From contig OZ231126.1 of NCBI GenBank assembly GCA_965153355.1, forward strand, positions 32,054,001-32,118,000: 64,000 nucleotides of DNA, given 5' to 3'. Made by a program: the position numbers and the translations under genes. Below, piece after piece: positions 1-12,838 of the stretch. Source of the DNA: Flaccisagitta enflata. Taxonomy: Eukaryota. The notes under the pieces were generated by a model. That model did not search any database and was not told the origin of the DNA. It was given only the letters and a program-made list of their open reading frames with translations. Every line of letters starts with the position of its first letter. Within the stretch, counting starts at the first letter, position 1.

Positions 1-43
1 GCCGCGGCGCCAGCGCCAATTTTATCCGACATTGGCGGTCGTC
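1..43 (-). CDS. PHF20: PHF20/PHF20L1-like gene, next exon (partial, continues past window start)
   Basis: Polypyrimidine tract plus caacag acceptor; the phase-1 join gives KKGRGRPP (AT-hook) MSDKIGAGAA. Confidence 0.7.
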
Positions 44-276
44 CTGTTGACAAGGTATGGAGGAGAGGGGGAGAGAAGAAAAGGCTTGAAAGTGTAAGAT
101 TTTTGTCTTTCTATCAACCCAGCCCCAACATCGTTAGAGATCATGGTTTCCTTTTAGCATTGGATTTTTCTAAACAAAATAATAGTTTAAGATGTCGATC
201 ACTAGTCAAAGGATTCAGAAAGGGTGCAAATAAATTACTAATTAATACGAGCAATGAGCTACCCAGATCAACAAAC

Positions 277-559
277 CTCGTCCTTTTTTGGCGGTAGGTT
301 TCTGGTCATCGGTGTCCGTGAAACTTCCTCTTAAAGCGTTTGTATCAGTTGACGTCTCTGCAGCGTCACCGCCGCCACCTTCTTCCGCATCGCCGCCCGA
401 TTCCAATGTCACCGTCCGCTTCCGCTTTTTGCCCTTTCGCTGGTCGTCGTCGTAAGCGTATTCTTTGGAAGCGGATTTTTGTTGCGTAGTTTCGGACTTT
501 GCTCCCCCGCTGTTATGGTTGTTGTTAGCGTTGGCAGTCGAACTCGCGTTTTTATTCGC
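277..559 (-). CDS. PHF20: PHF20/PHF20L1-like gene, low-complexity linker exon ending in first half of AT-hook
   Basis: cag|ANKNASSTANANNNHNSGG...KPTAKKGR(G)|gtttgt; 283 nt, phase 0-1, open frame. Absent from the ORF track. Confidence 0.75.
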
Positions 560-723
560 CTGAATTGAGCAAAAGCATTAAGAAACGACCAGAGTTAAGA
601 AACAACCATATTTCGAAATAGGATCTCGATATTCTCCACCCGAACTTTTGCGTCAGTTGCGCTGTCACGATAACTGTCAAGAATTAGATCTCACTCTTGG
701 ATATTAGGATATAAATACTCAGC

Positions 724-943
724 TTTTTAGTCGCGTGCTACGCGACTCTATACCCCGCTTTGTCGGTCCGTCCGTCCGTCGGTCCGTCCATCGGTCCGTC
801 CGTCCTTCCGTCCGTCACACTTTACTTTTTCGGCGTTAATGGAGGTTTTGGCTTTATTGCTCCTGCCCAAATGTTCCACTGACCTCAATTATGGCCCCTG
901 CCCACCCGCACGCGACTGGGGTAGCCGTGTATCCGGCCTTGTT
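724..943 (+). mobile_element. Helentron-associated non-autonomous element (HINE/DINE-1-like), family A
   Basis: T-tract, 5' hairpin agtcgcgtgctacgcgact, (GTCC)n microsatellite, subterminal IR gcacgcgact, 3' hairpin gccgtgtatccggc, cttgtt end. Related copies at 31364-31557, 33552-33748, 32753-32897(-), 35653-35813(-), 55021-55267. Confidence 0.75.
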
Positions 944-1181
944 AGACCAAGACTTCCGACAGACCTCCGAAGTTCTTTTCTCAGCAGCCTAAATTTATAT
1001 ATTTTATTGACTTGCTACAATCTGTCGATCACGCAGTTAAGATTAAACGGCCATGCTATCTTTAAGCGTCTTATTAGCCTTTTAAAGATCGCGTGAAAAA
1101 TGGAAAACTCACCAAACGTCGCAATGTTTTGCAAATCACTTGATTGAGCAATCTTGAGCTACTAGGCGAATTTATTTCACG

Positions 1182-1296
1182 TTTTTAGGTGCGACAAAGC
1201 ACCTCTATAACTGGCTCTGTCCGTCGGTCGGTCTGTCTGTAACGCATTCGTTCGACGATCAACACGTCGCACCTTATTGGCCTACTGGGCCTTGTT
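1182..1296 (+). mobile_element. HINE-like element, family B
   Basis: aggtgcgacaaagcacct ... gtcgcacct tattggcctactgggcc ttgtt; near-identical reverse copy at 46561-46683. Confidence 0.75.
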
Positions 1297-1536
1297 ATAA
1301 TTTCTTTCACTCCGCGTTTTATTCAAGATACATACAGAAGCTGCCAGAAATACAGAGACAGATGTACAAGCGTCACATAAAGGCCAAGACAAACGTGTGG
1401 TCACACCCGCTGTTTAAACAAGACAAGACCCTTACACTACAGAATACATAATTACAGACCAATCAGTTACACACGCCGTGCTACCATTATGAAAACAACA
1501 AACAAACAAACTATTAAAACACTGCCCGCAAAATAC

Positions 1537-2016
1537 CTGTTTCCCACTCTTCTTCTTCTCCCCAAACAGACAGGTATTTCCAGTCGTTCCGTCATCCGGC
1601 AAATGGAATTCTCTCCTCATTTCCCTCGTCATGGGTTTGACGTTAGCGTGTTGGACCGTCTTCTTAAAACCGTCGTAAAAGACAACATCGAATGACGACG
1701 GATTGGCGACGAGGATCTTGGCCGGATACATTCGGCAGTCCGTCCATCGCGCCAACACAATCTCCCCGACGCAGAATTCCGTCCGCGCGTCCATCGATGA
1801 GTGATGGAGATGGTGGTGATGGTGCTGGCGTTTGGATTTGTCACCGGACGAAGATGATTCGCATCGCCGTTGAGATTGTCGTAAGAGAGGTCGTAGACGA
1901 ATTTCCGGGGAATCGACGTCCAAGTCGTCGTCGTTATCGTTACAAGAGGAGGAAGAGGAGAGAGAAATCCACTCGTCGAATCGAGAACTCCATCCTTCGA
2001 AATGAACGTGCGCTAA
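1537..2016 (-). CDS. PHF20: PHF20/PHF20L1-like gene, exon completing Tudor 1 and encoding Tudor 2
   Basis: cag|LAHVHFEGWSSRFDEWI...FCVGEIVLARWTDCRMYPAKILVANPSSFDVVFYDGFKKTV...KQ|gtattt; 480 nt, phase 0-0. The ARWTDCRxYPAKI...FYDG motif is typical of PHF20-family Tudor 2. Confidence 0.88.
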
Positions 2017-2934
2017 CTGTGAATGTGTCATTGTGAACGTGTGCATGTTTGCATGTGTGTATGTCAGTGTGCGGGTCGGGAGTGAAGGGGAGAAAAGGAA
2101 GTAAGGGCGTGAAGACAAAGGTTGCAACGTGAACAGCGAGATCGAGGAAAATAACCGTGCCGGTGGGATAGACCTGTGGTCATATGGTCGAGTGACAATA
2201 CAATGAAAATAGTTGGATATAAAATCATTCGCAAGTTGCAAGAAATATTTTCTTTTCTGTTCTCGGGAGGAAAAGGTGCGGCAGAATTGAAAATGGAGGC
2301 TTTAAGAAAACAAATCCTTAAACCTTTTTAAACAAATTTTCGTTCTGTAGAGATCGGCCTTGGTTAAGCGATTTTTATGACTGAATTGTTTCCATTTGGC
2401 GTCAGCAAGAGAGAGGCGGGAGAGCGAAAAAGTGAACTGGGGTAAGAGGGAGAGCGAGCTGGAGAAAAAGCTTAAAAAGAAGGCTGAAGAAATAACACTT
2501 TTTTTTTAAGAACGTGACATTTTATTCTGAAGCCTTCAAAAGAGATAGAAATAGCTTCTAGTGAAATAACTATGACGTTCTTAATTTTTGAGCTATTTCA
2601 AGAATTGATGTTCTTATAAACTAGGTTCTTACAAAAAATAATAAGTGTAGAGAGAAACTACAGAGATCTAGAGACAGCTAGAGAAAGAGGAAGAAAGCTA
2701 GTGAAAGAGAAAGAAAGCTGGTGAAAGAGAAAGAAAGCTAATGAAAGAGAAAGAAAGCTAGTGAAAGAGAGAGAAAGCTAATGAAAGAGAAAGAAAGCTA
2801 ATGAAAGAGAAAGAAAGCTAGTGAAAGAGAGAGGAAGCTAATGAAAGAGAAAGAAGGCTAGAGAAAGACAGAGAGAAAAACAGCAACTGAAAGACAGCAA
2901 CAGAAAGAGAAAGGAGGCAGGAGGAAGAAGACTA

Positions 2935-3459
2935 ACAGGTGTAACACAATTATTGCAGCTCAGAGACAAAAAGAATGGAATCTATATCACGATAAATATT
3001 GATATACAGTTTTCACCATTAGGTAGAGGATAAAAAAATCTTTTTTTTGATCATGAATTTTGTCAATGTTGGTTTAGGCAAAGCCAAGTGATGATTAAAA
3101 CAATGATATGTTTTTTATCAAAATCATTAGAAAATCACTAAAAAATTCACTTATCTTTGAAACACGAAGATTTAAAGGAATAACTAACATAACCAAATTG
3201 GTCTCGTTTTAAAGAATTGTTTTTATTCTAATGACAGCACTCTTCCAAAGTTAATGCTTATTTTCAGGTTCGAATTTTTTTTTTCAGATTGTATATTAAA
3301 AAAACAAAATTACCAAACTGAAATAAAGTAAAACTATTAAATTCAACCAAAGGGTACATTTTGACATATACTTTTGTATTTGTAAAGAATAAGCTGTTAA
3401 AAAAAATTGAATGCATTGAAGTTTTCTTGGTCTAGTTCCAATAATTGTGTTACACCTGT
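2935..3459. mobile_element. Tc1/mariner-type MITE in PHF20 intron
   Basis: TIR acaggtgtaacacaattattg, TA flanks. Confidence 0.8.
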
Positions 3460-4078
3460 TAGCCGGAGGAAGAAGGTTGAGGAAAGAAGGCTAAGGTAGG
3501 AGAAAGGAGCGGGGAAAGAGAATGGAGCGGGGAAAGAGAAAGGAGGCTCTTGCGAGAAAAGATAGATTTGAGAGGGTTGAAGTCCGAGTGATTACGTATT
3601 GGTCCGTCCATCCGTTTCCGCGGTTGTGATTATAAGTGAAGGCAACGAGGAGGCGAGAGGGGGAGGTTGTACGCCCTTACCCGCCCGTCCACGTTGCTCG
3701 TCGTTTCAAAAGTGTTCAAAAACGTCGAGCTTTGGCGTTTACGATCATTGAGTTCTCTCACAAGTGGATGAATGGATGAGGCAACATTATTTCAATGGAT
3801 GAGGCCATGAGGCAACAAGAAGATTCAGTTTGGCAACTTCCCTGGAGTCCTGATGTGAAATATCGTCCCCGCTCTTCCAGCATTCGGCAACTACACTTTT
3901 TATTTTCTTATAAGAACCTAGTTTATAAGAACGTCAAGGCTTGAAATTGCCCTAAAATTAAGAACATTGTAGTTATTTTATTAGTAGCTATCTCTATCTC
4001 TTTTGAAGGCTTTAGCAAAAAAATCACGTTCTTATAAAAAACAAAAAGCGTATTATTCCGATAACACTTGTGACTGAC

Positions 4079-4300
4079 CTGTTTCTCTTCGTCGATGTCC
4101 ATCACTTTTGCCGGGTACCAAAGGCCATTGTAATCTTTGGCTTCCAGTCGAAGGCCAACCGTCACTTTCATCGCGCTGGAGGTCGACAACGCAGATGCCA
4201 CAACTACGTCTTTGTTCGCCGCCGCCGTCCTCGCAGAGGCGTCTACTTCGTCATCAATCGGGACAGCGGGTTCATCATCCGCGTCACCAACGATATCCAT
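4079..4300 (-). CDS. PHF20: PHF20/PHF20L1-like gene, first recognisable coding exon (N-terminal half of Tudor 1)
   Basis: Encodes ...MKVTVGLRLEAKDYNGLWYPAKVMDIDEEKQ, then GTCAGT donor (phase 0). Acceptor at 4374-4376; first in-frame ATG at 4300, so the start is uncertain. Confidence 0.78.
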
Positions 4301-4998
4301 CTTGTCAGCGTCACCCGCAGAGGTTGTTTTGATCAGATCAATGATATCGTTTTTTTTTTTTTTTTTTTTTTTTCTGTGAAGAGAAGAAAACATGCTATGA
4401 ATTATTAGACACTTCAAATGGCGCATGAGGAAACTTAGTCGATAAAATGAATGAGTTAAACGCGAAATTCAATCAAATAACAAGAGAACAAAAAATACGT
4501 ATGACTTTACGTATAGAGAAAATGATCGGATCAACAATCAAGTAGACTATGCTACAAAAAGTGATACAAAAAGTGATACAAAAAAGCTTCAAAATTACAG
4601 TCCCTGGATCGACTGTCTTTGAGAAAACCGCGCGGCGAGAACGATACAAGGGACGAAAAAAAAAAAAAAATTCAAAAAAAATCAAAACAGAAAATATTGC
4701 TTTTAAAAAAATTTATTTTTTTTTGAAAAATTTTAAAAATTCAAAAAAAATTTTTTTTTTTTTTTTTGAAAAAATAATTGATGTCCATGATGGCATGCAT
4801 ACCTTTCAGTCCATTACGGCATACCTTAAAGTCCATAACGGCATACCTTAAAGTCCATGACGGCACACCTTGAACATTGAACACTGAAGTCCAAGAAGGC
4901 AAACCTTGGTCCTTGGAGTCCTTGACGGCAAACCCTGTGTGTGTGTCTGTGTGTGTGTGTCTGTGTGTGTGTGTCTGTGTGTCTGTGTGTCTGTGTGT

Positions 4999-5069
<71 letters not shown>

Positions 5070-5600
5070 CCCACAACAGTAATATATTACTACATAAATA
5101 AGTTTATATCTCATAAACCAGACTTCAGATTTAAATCGAATTTTGCAGGAGCTGTTTAATTGACATTATTTACCTGTTTACTAAGTTTTAAAGAAATTCA
5201 TAAACTTTTACTACCCTTTGCCTACACAGCTCGAAATAGCAAGCACGGAGGCGCAATTTTCCGGTCCGTTCCGCCCCGCTCCGCCCCGGAGCTTTTTTCT
5301 CATCTAGCTCTTCCCCCTTACTTGTTTTTGTAACAAATTCTCCGTCGCTGATCATCAACATACTCGGCAGTATTCAATATCCATTTTCGTTAGTTTCTAT
5401 TGCTCAGGTCAGAAGACGTAAAAAATCAAAGCCCGCTCCAATTTTACAGTTTCGGGGCGGACCCATTCAATAACATATTCTATCAGTATGTCCAGTTTTT
5501 AAGTAAGCTTAGTTTCCAATCGAAATGCTTATGACGCGCTGGCAAAGGAAATACGTCACACTTTTCTATGGGATAGAGTGATCAACCGATACGCTGAGAG

Positions 5601-5758
<158 letters not shown>

Positions 5759-5841
5759 CAATCATATATACAAGCAATCATATATACAAACTGATTTACC
5801 CGATCGCGTCTTTTACAATCGGAACAATCGATTCCTGATTT

Positions 5842-5938
<97 letters not shown>

Positions 5939-6004
5939 ACAGACAAGACAGAGACCGACAGACCGACAAGACAGAGACAAGACTGAGAGTGAAAGATGGA
6001 GATG

Positions 6005-6307
6005 AACAAGAATCAAACCAGCCCGATCGGGCAACGATGCGTCCGGGCTGTGTCTTTGCGTGTATTGATCAATGATCATGTGATATATATAGATGGACTA
6101 ATAGATGGATGGAATAACTAAATAGTAAAGGAGGCTCTCAAAATATGTTGGTTGATCATTTGTTTCAGTAAAGGATCTCAACGCGACCAAAAACAGCTGA
6201 GAAATTAGAAAAGCGGTTTTAGCACTTGCGTAACGGACGGACGGACGGACGGACCGACCGACGGACGGACAGACCCTCTTATAGAGATGCGAGGACGCAT
6301 CTAAAAA
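6005..6307 (-). mobile_element. HINE-like element, agatgcgtc family
   Basis: Same architecture on the minus strand; homologous copies at 35134-35428, 48040-48345 and 10903-11010. Confidence 0.65.
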
Positions 6308-6330
6308 TGAGATCAAACCTCAAACCGCAA

Positions 6331-6389
<59 letters not shown>

Positions 6390-6799
6390 CCTCTCTTGTT
6401 ATCCAAGTAGACAAGATCATATTCATACGGCATTGTATGAGTAGTGACCCTACCTAAAATCTCGCGTCGACGCGGCTCTCTCTTTACTTCAGCGTCTTAC
6501 ATTTGATTGTGTAATATTGCTTTACCGATCTGTAACTGCCAAACCATGATCGCCCCGAAGGCGCCCCGAAAAAAGCCGGGAAGATTATTGATGTTTTTCG
6601 TAGCTACCCACTTATACATGGACTAATGCAAAGTAAATGAAAGCTACAATGAAACAGTAACTGTCAATATCAAACAGCACTATTTTTCATGCATGGAACA
6701 ACAAGGAAGTGAGAAATTTCGCGCCCCGGAACGCACATTGATTCCCGGGTGGACGGGGAGGAAATCTGTGGAGCAATTCGGGAGGTGGCCTATGAAAAC

Positions 6800-7390
6800 T
6801 GCTTAAGTCCTAGTAACATATTACTACATAAATAAGCTAATATCTCATAAACCAAGCTTCAGATTTAATTCGAATTTTGCAGGGGTTGTTAATTTACTAT
6901 CCTCTACTTGTATACCAAATTAAAAAAAAATTCATAAACTTTTACTACCCTTTGCCTATGTAAACTGCCTCAGTCCTAGTAATATATTACTACATAAATA
7001 AGCTAATATCTTATAAACCAGGCTTCAGATTTAATTCGAATTTTGCAGGGGTGGTTTATTTACTATCCTCTACTTGTATACCAAATTAGAAAAAAATTCA
7101 CATACTTTTACTACCCTCTACCTATGTAAACCACCTAAGTCCCAGCTAAATATTACTACAAAAATAATAGGCAAAGGGTAGTAAAAGTTTATGAATTTTT
7201 CTGAAAATTGGTACACAAGCTCCTATTGACCTATAAACAACACCAGCAAAGTTTCATAAAATTCTGAAGTCTGGATCCAAAGATATGAGAAGGTCTTAAA
7301 CAGACTCACCCACCCACCCACGAACAGACTTACACGATGAGGTCCACCTCATAGTCCACCGACGAAAACTGTGCGTCGGGGACAAAAAAT
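6800..7390. repeat. ~165-bp tandem repeat with inverted partial copy; dispersed copy at 5077-5225
   Basis: atattactacataaataag...ttcataaacttttactaccctttgccta repeated; reverse copy from 7168; probably transposon-internal. Confidence 0.65.
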
Positions 7391-7801
7391 GATATCGGGT
7401 CTACGTGTAGGAGAGGACCGGACTTTTTTCAGCGTTTTTAACGAGTTTTTTTTTCACGAAAATTTCAAATCTGAAATAAGAGAACAATTTAGGTCAACCC
7501 CTAACCCCATACCAAACCCCTTACCTATACCCACCTTTCGCCCCAAAACTCCACCCCTACTTCCTAACTCCTAAACCCACTTTACTTTAACTCACCCTTA
7601 ACTCCTAACTCAACTTTAGGGTTAGGGGTGGGTTAGGGGTGAACATGGCTACTGGAAGTCATCCAAGCGTTTTTGAGGCGCGGTTTAAGAGTGTTACCGC
7701 AGCAAGCCCATTTTGATCGGTCGTAGGTTTTTGTCGACCTTGGCTCGCAGTAAACGCCTTCATGCGCTACGAATTTCGAATCTGTCGCAGAATAAAATAC
7801 A

Positions 7802-7979
7802 TACAGTGGAGCACCGCTAGAGCGCACCCGCTAATAAGGCATGCCCGCTTATAAGGTATGAAGCTTACTGTCTCATGAAAGATTTCATAATTATTTCTAT
7901 ATTGGCAATAAAGCATCTTCATTATAAGGCATACTTTTGTCCAGTCCCTTGAAATGCGCTCTAGTGAAGCTCAACTGTA
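7802..7979. mobile_element. pogo/Tigger-like MITE
   Basis: TA-CAGT...ACTG-TA ends; reverse homologue at 62067-62246; related elements at 8681-8886, 13431-13547 and 50914-51061. Confidence 0.7.
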
Positions 7980-8906
7980 GTTAGCATTACTGGGAATAGG
8001 TCGAATTACATAACGATTCCAATGGGTTGAAAATGAAGCTTTCCTTTTGGGCAGCGGCCCAAAGGGGCCGATGACCTATGCTTTCACACAGGAGAAATTT
8101 CCTCTCTTATTTCTCCGTCCACCCCCTCGAGCCTCATATCCAACCTTGAAGCCCAAAATCAGCTCAAATTCCAGCCTCAAGGCTCAATTTCCGAACTTTA
8201 GGCTCAAATTCTAGTCTTGAGGCTTAAAATTCAGCTACAAGCCTCAAATTACAGCCTCAAAGCCTAAAATCCAGCCTCAAAGCCCAAGATCCAGCCTTGA
8301 GGCTCATTTTCCGGCCATGTGACTCCAATTCCAGCCTCAAGGCACAAAATCAAGCCTCAAAGCCCAAAATCAAGCCTCAAGGCACAAAATCAAGCCTCAA
8401 AGCCCAAAATCAAGCCTCGAAGCTCAAAATCCCCCCTTGAGGCTCAAATCTCAGCATCTTGGCTCAAATAATAGCCTTGAGGTTCAAATCACTGCCTCAA
8501 GACTCAAATCCAGGCCTGGAGACTCAAATCCTAGTCCTCAACTTATAAGCGTAGGTCATTGGCCCCTCAAAGACAAATTACCGGCTTAGGACAGCGATAG
8601 CTGCTTTTATTGGTGATCAAAGTTTATTGGAGGTATTTGCAAGTTCCGTCATTCAATAGTTTCGTCCTAGCGGTAAGAATTACAGTCGAACCCCGCTCCA
8701 ACGGACCCGCTTTTAATGAAATTCCGATTTTAGTAGTTATTATTTCTTATTCCTAGTAGTTATTATTTCTTATTCCATTGAACTTATTTCCTTATAAATT
8801 TCCTATATTGGCTATAATAAAATTCCGCTTATATTAAATAAATTTTTTTAGTCCCCTGAAATCCATAAGAGCGGGATTTAAGTGTATAAATCAAAACTAA
8901 ATTTTG

Positions 8907-10211
8907 TCATGAATTAATATCCGTTCCTGTCCAATGAAAGAGCCCCGGCGCTAGATTTCTGAGTAACGTACCTCTTGTGTTATTTAAGCTGACGATGGTG
9001 ATTTTTCTTCCCGAGTGCGCTCTTATCGTAAACCGCGGTCTGTGCCTTCTTTTAAAGGTCGAAAGTTTGTGCGTTCTGGAAGTTTTTCGCGAAGTTGCGG
9101 CGTAGTGAACGGCTGGTTTCGTGGTTGTTGTCGTTGACGGCGCGACCGTAGTTGATACTGAGTTATCGATGAATGTTACCACCGGCCGTCGCGAGTCAGT
9201 GTCTTTGCCGTTGTCCTGGCTTTTGTGGTCGTTGATGGCGATAGTCTTATCGTCTTCTGATTTTTGTTGTCCATGCGCGTGTCGACGATGATGCGTCGTC
9301 GATTCTACGTGATCATGAGGTGAATTGTCCACGCTATCTTTGTTTTTGTCCGCGTCGAGGTTGAATATGGAGGAGTCAAATGGCATTACGTCTACTACGG
9401 GGATGTCATGGTTTGTCGTCGTCGCAGGAGCCGAAGTGGTAACTGGAGTTGGTCGTGTGGTTGTCGTGGTCGATGGAATGGTGGTCAATGTAATTGTGGT
9501 GGAAAAGTCGGTTGTAGTGATGGGGGACGACGTCTTGCGCGTCCACCAACGTTCCGTGTGGGCCGATGTCGATGATGATCGGGATTTGACCGTTGGTTCT
9601 GCCTCCTCCGCTTCGTAGTCGAGCCTTTCCGCATCCTCTTTATCGAGGTTTTTCCACCAGGGTCGCTTGGTAGTGGAAGCTGGTCTGTTGACGGGATTTG
9701 CCCACCAGGGGCGCTCGGGGGTGATGGTGGTGGTGGTGTCGTTTGATACGATTTCTGGCAACGAATATTTCTGATTTTCGTAGGACCATCGCTGTCGGGA
9801 AATTTGATCGCCATCTTGAATGATGACCGGGTTTTGCTGTGGATGGAATCTGTCGTTCATGTCGTTGTCGTGATTATTCTTGATTTTGGGAAATTTGGCG
9901 TTGTTGTTGTTATGACCGGTATCTCGACGATGATGATAATCGCTTTTCTCTCCGTCGTACTTGGATGTTTGGGTGATTAGATTATTGTTCGCCGCTTGAT
10001 TGATGATGGTTGGCCGACGCCCTTGTTGTTCATGATGATGATGATTCGATTGATGGTTTTTGGGACGAGTGGTTTTGTCCTTGTTTACATTTTTGCGTTT
10101 GTTTACATTTTTGCTGGGGCCGGCTTTCTCGTTGGGGTCGACTACAACTCCTTCTACGATTTCGGGTCTGGAGTATATCCAAGGCTGATCGCGATTCCAA
10201 TTTTTGTAAAA
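8907..10211 (-). CDS. Terminal exon of uncharacterised Thr/Asn/His-rich, mucin-like low-complexity protein
   Basis: 1305-nt open frame from ctcag|TTT TAC AAA (FYKNWNRDQPW...) to TGA, preceded by a ~430-nt (TTTC)n-type tract. Thr runs and RPWW repeats. Confidence 0.75.
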   Translation of the reverse strand, partial: FYKNWNRDQPWIYSRPEIVEGVVVDPNEKAGPSKNVNKRKNVNKDKTTRPKNHQSNHHHHEQQGRRPTIINQAANNNLITQTSKYDGEKSDYHHRRDTGHNNNNAKFPKIKNNHDNDMNDRFHPQQNPVIIQDGDQISRQRWSYENQKYSLPEIVSNDTTTTITPERPWWANPVNRPASTTKRPWWKNLDKEDAERLDYEAEEAEPTVKSRSSSTSAHTERWWTRKTSSPITTTDFSTTITLTTIPSTTTTTRPTPVTTSAPATTTNHDIPVVDVMPFDSSIFNLDADKNKDSVDNSPHDHVESTTHHRRHAHGQQKSEDDKTIAINDHKSQDNGKDTDSRRPVVTFIDNSVSTTVAPSTTTTTKPAVHYAATSRKTSRTHKLSTFKRRHRPRFTIRAHSGRKITIVSLNNTRGTLLRNLAPGLFHWTGTDINS

Positions 10212-10250
10212 CTGAGGGAAAGAAAGAAAGAGGAAGAGAGAGAAAAAAAG

Positions 10251-10285
<35 letters not shown>

Positions 10286-10779
10286 CAGAAAGAAAGACAG
10301 AAAGAAAGACAGAAAGAAAGACAGAAAGAAAGACAGAAAGACAGAAAGAAAGACAGAAAGGAAACAATGAAAGACAGAAAGACAGAAAGAAAGACAGAAA
10401 GGAAACAATGAAAGAAAGATGGAGATAAGTATAGAAGGAAAAAGATGGAGATAAATAATGAAGGAAAAAGATGGAGATGAAGATGGGAAGAGATGGAGAT
10501 AAGGAAGGAAAGAGATGGGGATAAAGAAGGAAAGAGACGGAGATAAAGAAGGAAAGAGATGGAGATAATGACCGAGATGGAAGAAAAAGAAATTGAGAAT
10601 TTAAAGAAAGAGGGAGATAGAGAAGGAATAGAGAAGATATTTACCAGCTAGCCTAAAGGAGAGGTTGTTGTGCCACAACAACTATAAGTAACTCAGGTCC
10701 GTCGGCCGTGTATCCGGCCTTGTTTGGTTTGATGTTTCATTCCTTCATTCATTCATAACATTGGTTAAATGATATTTAC

Positions 10780-10879
10780 CTGATCAGTTGAAATGTGGGT
10801 TTTCTGGTGAGTTTTCGGGTGGTAAATTTTAAAGTGGTTGGTCTGCTGATCGTTTTGTTGTTGGGGGTTCCTTCCGTCT
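10780..10879 (-). CDS. Internal exon of the same Thr-rich gene
   Basis: ttttcag|A GAC GGA AGG...ACT GAT CAG|gtaaat; 100 nt, phase 2-0, compatible with both neighbouring exons. Confidence 0.65.
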
Positions 10880-11283
10880 CTGAAAACAGGGGAGAGAGGG
10901 TTCTTTGATGCGTCATCTCATCTTTTTGATGGAGTTTGTCTGTCCGTCCGTATATCGGTTAGCCAGGCCTTTTCCAAACTCACGCGGATGACGCATCTCG
11001 TTGCCTTGTTTCTTAGTCATTGGTAGTTCATCAGTTGTGTGAACGCATCCTTATTTTTGCGTTCATTGACATTGCCAAATTCACGGGCGATTAGAGTCCC
11101 CGCGTATAATGAACCGTCATGACCCTGTCTAGAGGCTATTGCCCATGAATGTATTATGTATATCGACTCTCAAAACCTCAACTCTTCACGCCTGTCCTCC
11201 CGCTCCTCCTCACACCCCCCCCCCAAAAAAAAAAGAAAACACTCCCACGAGTATTATAACTGCCGAAAGCCAAGGTCACTCAC

Positions 11284-11398
11284 CTGTTATCGAAAGTATT
11301 TCCTCGATCGGTCAGATGGGGATAAAACTTTTTGGCCCTTTCGTACTCTTGCTTTTTGACCGCTTGCGAATGAGCCTTCGTGCGAACCGCCAACTTCG
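11284..11398 (-). CDS. Internal exon of the same Thr-rich gene
   Basis: aaacag|(A)KLAVRTKAHSQAVKKQEYERAKKFYPHLTDRGNTFDN(R)|gtgagt; the only open frame is phase 1-2, matching the next exon. Confidence 0.6.
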
Positions 11399-11412
11399 CT
11401 GTTTGGGATTAT

Positions 11413-11725
<313 letters not shown>

Positions 11726-12576
11726 CTTCCAGCATTTTTTTAGCTGACTGGGCGGTAATTGGTCCGCTTACGCCCGGATAGTTTACGCCTCCGTTTCGAT
11801 TTACGCCCCGTCCAATAATATCACATCTCGTCAGATAGTCTGGTTGATTCAAAAGAACTGACTGATTGACTAACAATTAGACCGACTGACCGAAAGTCTA
11901 ATCTTATGACTAACTGATTTATGGACTGACGGATTTTTAAAACACAGTTGAAAAAAAAGAAGTTTCAAATAAACGTTGTCTCAACTACTGAATCTTACAT
12001 GGTAATCATTTGCATATAATTGATACTGCAGCTGCAAGAGATTCTGTCAAGATTTTGCAGCACTTGTCCAGCTGAGGCTATTAGTCAATCTTAATTTATA
12101 TTCATCATGGACATTGACTTATTATGTGTCCTCCTTTCCCTCTTATTCATCTTGACCACCATCGGTGAAATCGGAAACGTTAAAAACATTAATTTCCATG
12201 TATGGATATGAAAGAGATAAACTGAGATAGAGTATCTGAACCCGACAGAAATGAGCTTACCAATGACGTAGGTTCTGTGATAGAGTGAGACTAAGTGACT
12301 CAACCCGATAGAAATGAACCTAATACCGGGATGTGGATCGTTTTTGAACTAGGTTGGTGTTAAGGGAACAAAGCGCCCTCTACACTGCGGTTGTCAGCTG
12401 TTCGTGCCATCAAATCCTCTTTGAGACTAAACCCGATGAAAATCAACAAATCACTGGGATATAGATTGTTTCCAAATGAGGTTTGTGTGAGGAGAAGTAA
12501 GCGCCCTCTAGTTTGCGATCGTGAGTCGTTCATGTCATTAAATCCTCGCCGTGACTAAGTTATCCGTGTATCCCAC

Positions 12577-12838
12577 CTTTGTCCTCTCCTTGATGGAGCT
12601 TGATTACTCCGAAAATGACGTTCTTTTCTTTCACGCAAATTCTGACATCCTCCATTAATAAACCATCAACGGTGATCGGTGATACAGGTGGAACTCATCC
12701 ACCATTTAGCAGCCATTTGATAACGCCCATCAGTACCTTCTCTGAGTCCCATCATGAACACAAAATCCCCGTCTGTAACCCATTTGATTCTCATCTGGGA
12801 GCGATTGGATCTCCATCTGTGACGCACTGGATTTTCAT
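12577..12838 (-). other. Candidate upstream exon of the Thr-rich gene; contains three in-frame TGA codons
   Basis: tttttacag|ATG...GAC AAA G|gtggga; 262 nt, ends in phase 1 as required. The last ~39 codons are open (...MEDVRICVKEKNVIFGVIKLHQGEDK). Confidence 0.35.

Noticed and set aside
5240-5465. GC-box-rich segment as PHF20 promoter
   Set aside because: Position is plausible but it is embedded among repeat fragments; no first exon could be supported.
7488-7642. Telomere-like CCCTAA/TTAGGG words
   Set aside because: Few, degenerate and in both orientations; likely transposon-internal.
12371-12547. Two GCGCCCTCTA motifs resembling CTCF sites
   Set aside because: Partial match only, within a small local duplication.
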